A stretch of 64,000 nt of DNA from Eledone cirrhosa (Eukaryota). The DNA lies in NCBI GenBank assembly GCA_964016885.1, contig OZ024741.1:142972001-143036000 (forward strand). Reading direction: 5' to 3'. Both the position numbers and the translations under genes were made by a program. This document shows, piece after piece, positions 62,301 through 64,000 of this stretch. Under the pieces are notes generated by a model. The model was not told the DNA's origin. It saw nothing but the letters and a program-made list of their open reading frames with translations, and ran no database searches. Positions within the stretch are counted from its first letter, which is position 1. The number at the start of each line of letters is the position of its first letter.

Positions 62301-62999
62301 GAAAGACACTATGATTTTCAAATAATTTTGGAAATAATCAAGAATTTGGTGAGATTTTACATTATAACTTTCTCATCCCTTCCCTTTACAGGCCACCTCC
62401 TTCGCATCCCCCCATGGCAAGTAAGATGTATCTTACCACCTCAGCCTGGCCCAAAATTACACAAGGGCCCTAGTGTTGATAAGTGGTAGTGCTGGTTTCA
62501 CGATAAAATGCAACCAGCTCACACTGTAAAGTGGTAGTGCTGGTACCATGATAAAATGCATTCAGCCAACACTGTAAAGCCATAGTGTTGGTGCTACAAT
62601 AAAATGCACTTGGTACACAGCAGAAAGTGATTGGCTTAAGGAAGGGCATCTAGTTGTAGAAATTATGTCAGAATAGAACATACGCGACATGGTCACAAAA
62701 TGTGACAACCTGTCTAACCTATGGAAGCACTGGAAATAGACTTTAAACATGATGGTGATTATTATTGATCAAAACTCAGGAAAAACGAGAGAGGGGGAAT
62801 ATTGTGTTCTTTGTGGACATTTGGAGAGAACGAGTGAGTATTAAAGTACTATATGCTGATGATAGGGAGAAATCGAAGAGGTGTGGTAAAAGTTAGGATA
62901 AATATATACATCAGGCAAAGATTGCATTAGTTTGGGCTGGTAGGTTATTTTTTTTATAGATCAATTCTTATACCCATTGTAAGTAGCAAATTAACTATT

Positions 63000-63340
63000 T
63001 AGAGCTGTGCGGACTGCATTACTATGGTATCAGTTATAACTAGTTAGCTGTAAGTAGGTAGCACCAGCTGGCAGTCTATGTTGACTGTAGCACAATATAT
63101 TACCTTCTTAGAATAAGGTGGACTGTACCATGCCGTGGTATTATAAATAGATGGACTGCACCTCACTATGGTACCTACTTGCAACTAGGTAAACTGTACC
63201 TTACTATAGTATCTACTTACAGCTAAATGGACTGTACCCCTCCGTGTTACTTAGAGCTAGGTGGCCTATTCCATGCTGTGGTACTGACTTATACAGCTAG
63301 GTAGACTGTTCCTTACAATGGTACCTACCTAGAATCAAGT
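63000..63340 (+). repeat. Degenerate ~37-39-bp minisatellite (gctaggtggactgtaccttactatggtacctacttaca)
   Basis: About eight recurrences of ggactg.ac...tatggta. Confidence 0.8.
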
Positions 63341-63829
63341 GAACACATCTACTGAGAGTTAAACGTCTTGGTCCCTGAGCCAGTGACAAGATACAAAACC
63401 ACCAACAAAGGCAACAGCAGTATATCTTTTGCTGCACGAGTTCCTTTCCGCTAAGCTATCAGCTATAACCAGTTTTCACTTCCATTTGCAACTACTCTTT
63501 CAATGATGTCTCCAACCTGAGGGGCATGGCTATATTAATGATTAAACCAAATAATCATATGTTTAGGACATCAAGGAAAGAGGGGCACTATTCTATTCAA
63601 ATTAATTGTATTTGTAATAAAAAAAATGTTTTACAAACTTTATATATGGGGAGGAAAGGCCCCCCCCCCTACCCTTTTCAGTGATTAGGGCTTTTAAATG
63701 ACTAAATCCAGCTCTAACGAGGGGAAATTGTGAATGCCACAACTTCCTATTCTCTTTAATGCTGCAAACTTGGGAGGACAAGCAAAGCTGGATTAGAGGA
63801 CAGTTTATCAGATAAGCAATCACACTTAC

Positions 63830-63867
63830 CCCTCCAACAGCTCATTATAGTTGGTTGTAAACAGGCA
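63830..63867 (-). CDS. Tentative 38-nt exon of the minus-strand gene
   Basis: gtctctacactgtag|TGCCTG...GAGGG|gtaagt; reads CLFTTNYNELLE(G), phase 0/2, which fits the 52513 exon. Confidence 0.5.
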
Positions 63868-64000
63868 CTACAGTGTAGAGACAATTCACTGTTGCTTTAA
63901 TCAACAAAGGCACTAAGACAGGAGGTAAATTAGTTTGCAGTAGTAGTTAAACATTACGAGAAATTTTGTCAGACACCCTTACAAGCCAGCCAATACCCTG

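Noticed and set aside
63360-63520. Extra minus-strand exon after cccctcag
   Set aside because: All three frames hit stops before a convincing donor.

Overview
AT-rich, repeat-dense animal genomic DNA. The SINE and RTE content suggests an octopod cephalopod (inference). Host genes: the last five coding exons of CLP1 (+ strand, 231-10485) and a tentative, unidentified minus-strand gene built from short phase-compatible exons (63867 down to 47034, possibly on to 21685). The rest is mostly retroelements. An intact RTE-clade LINE (1022-aa APE+RT ORF with a PHD finger inside the RT) lies in a CLP1 intron. A young tRNA-headed SINE carries that LINE's last 40 nt plus a block from a second RTE family's 3' UTR. 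A structured RTE-UTR module is amplified into ~48-bp arrays. Also present: a 5'-inverted (twin-priming-like) non-L1 LINE insertion, head-to-tail SINE arrays, CRE-, CR1- and mariner-like remnants, and several Penelope-type minimal hammerhead ribozyme folds. All calls were made by eye; family names need database confirmation and repeat boundaries are approximate.
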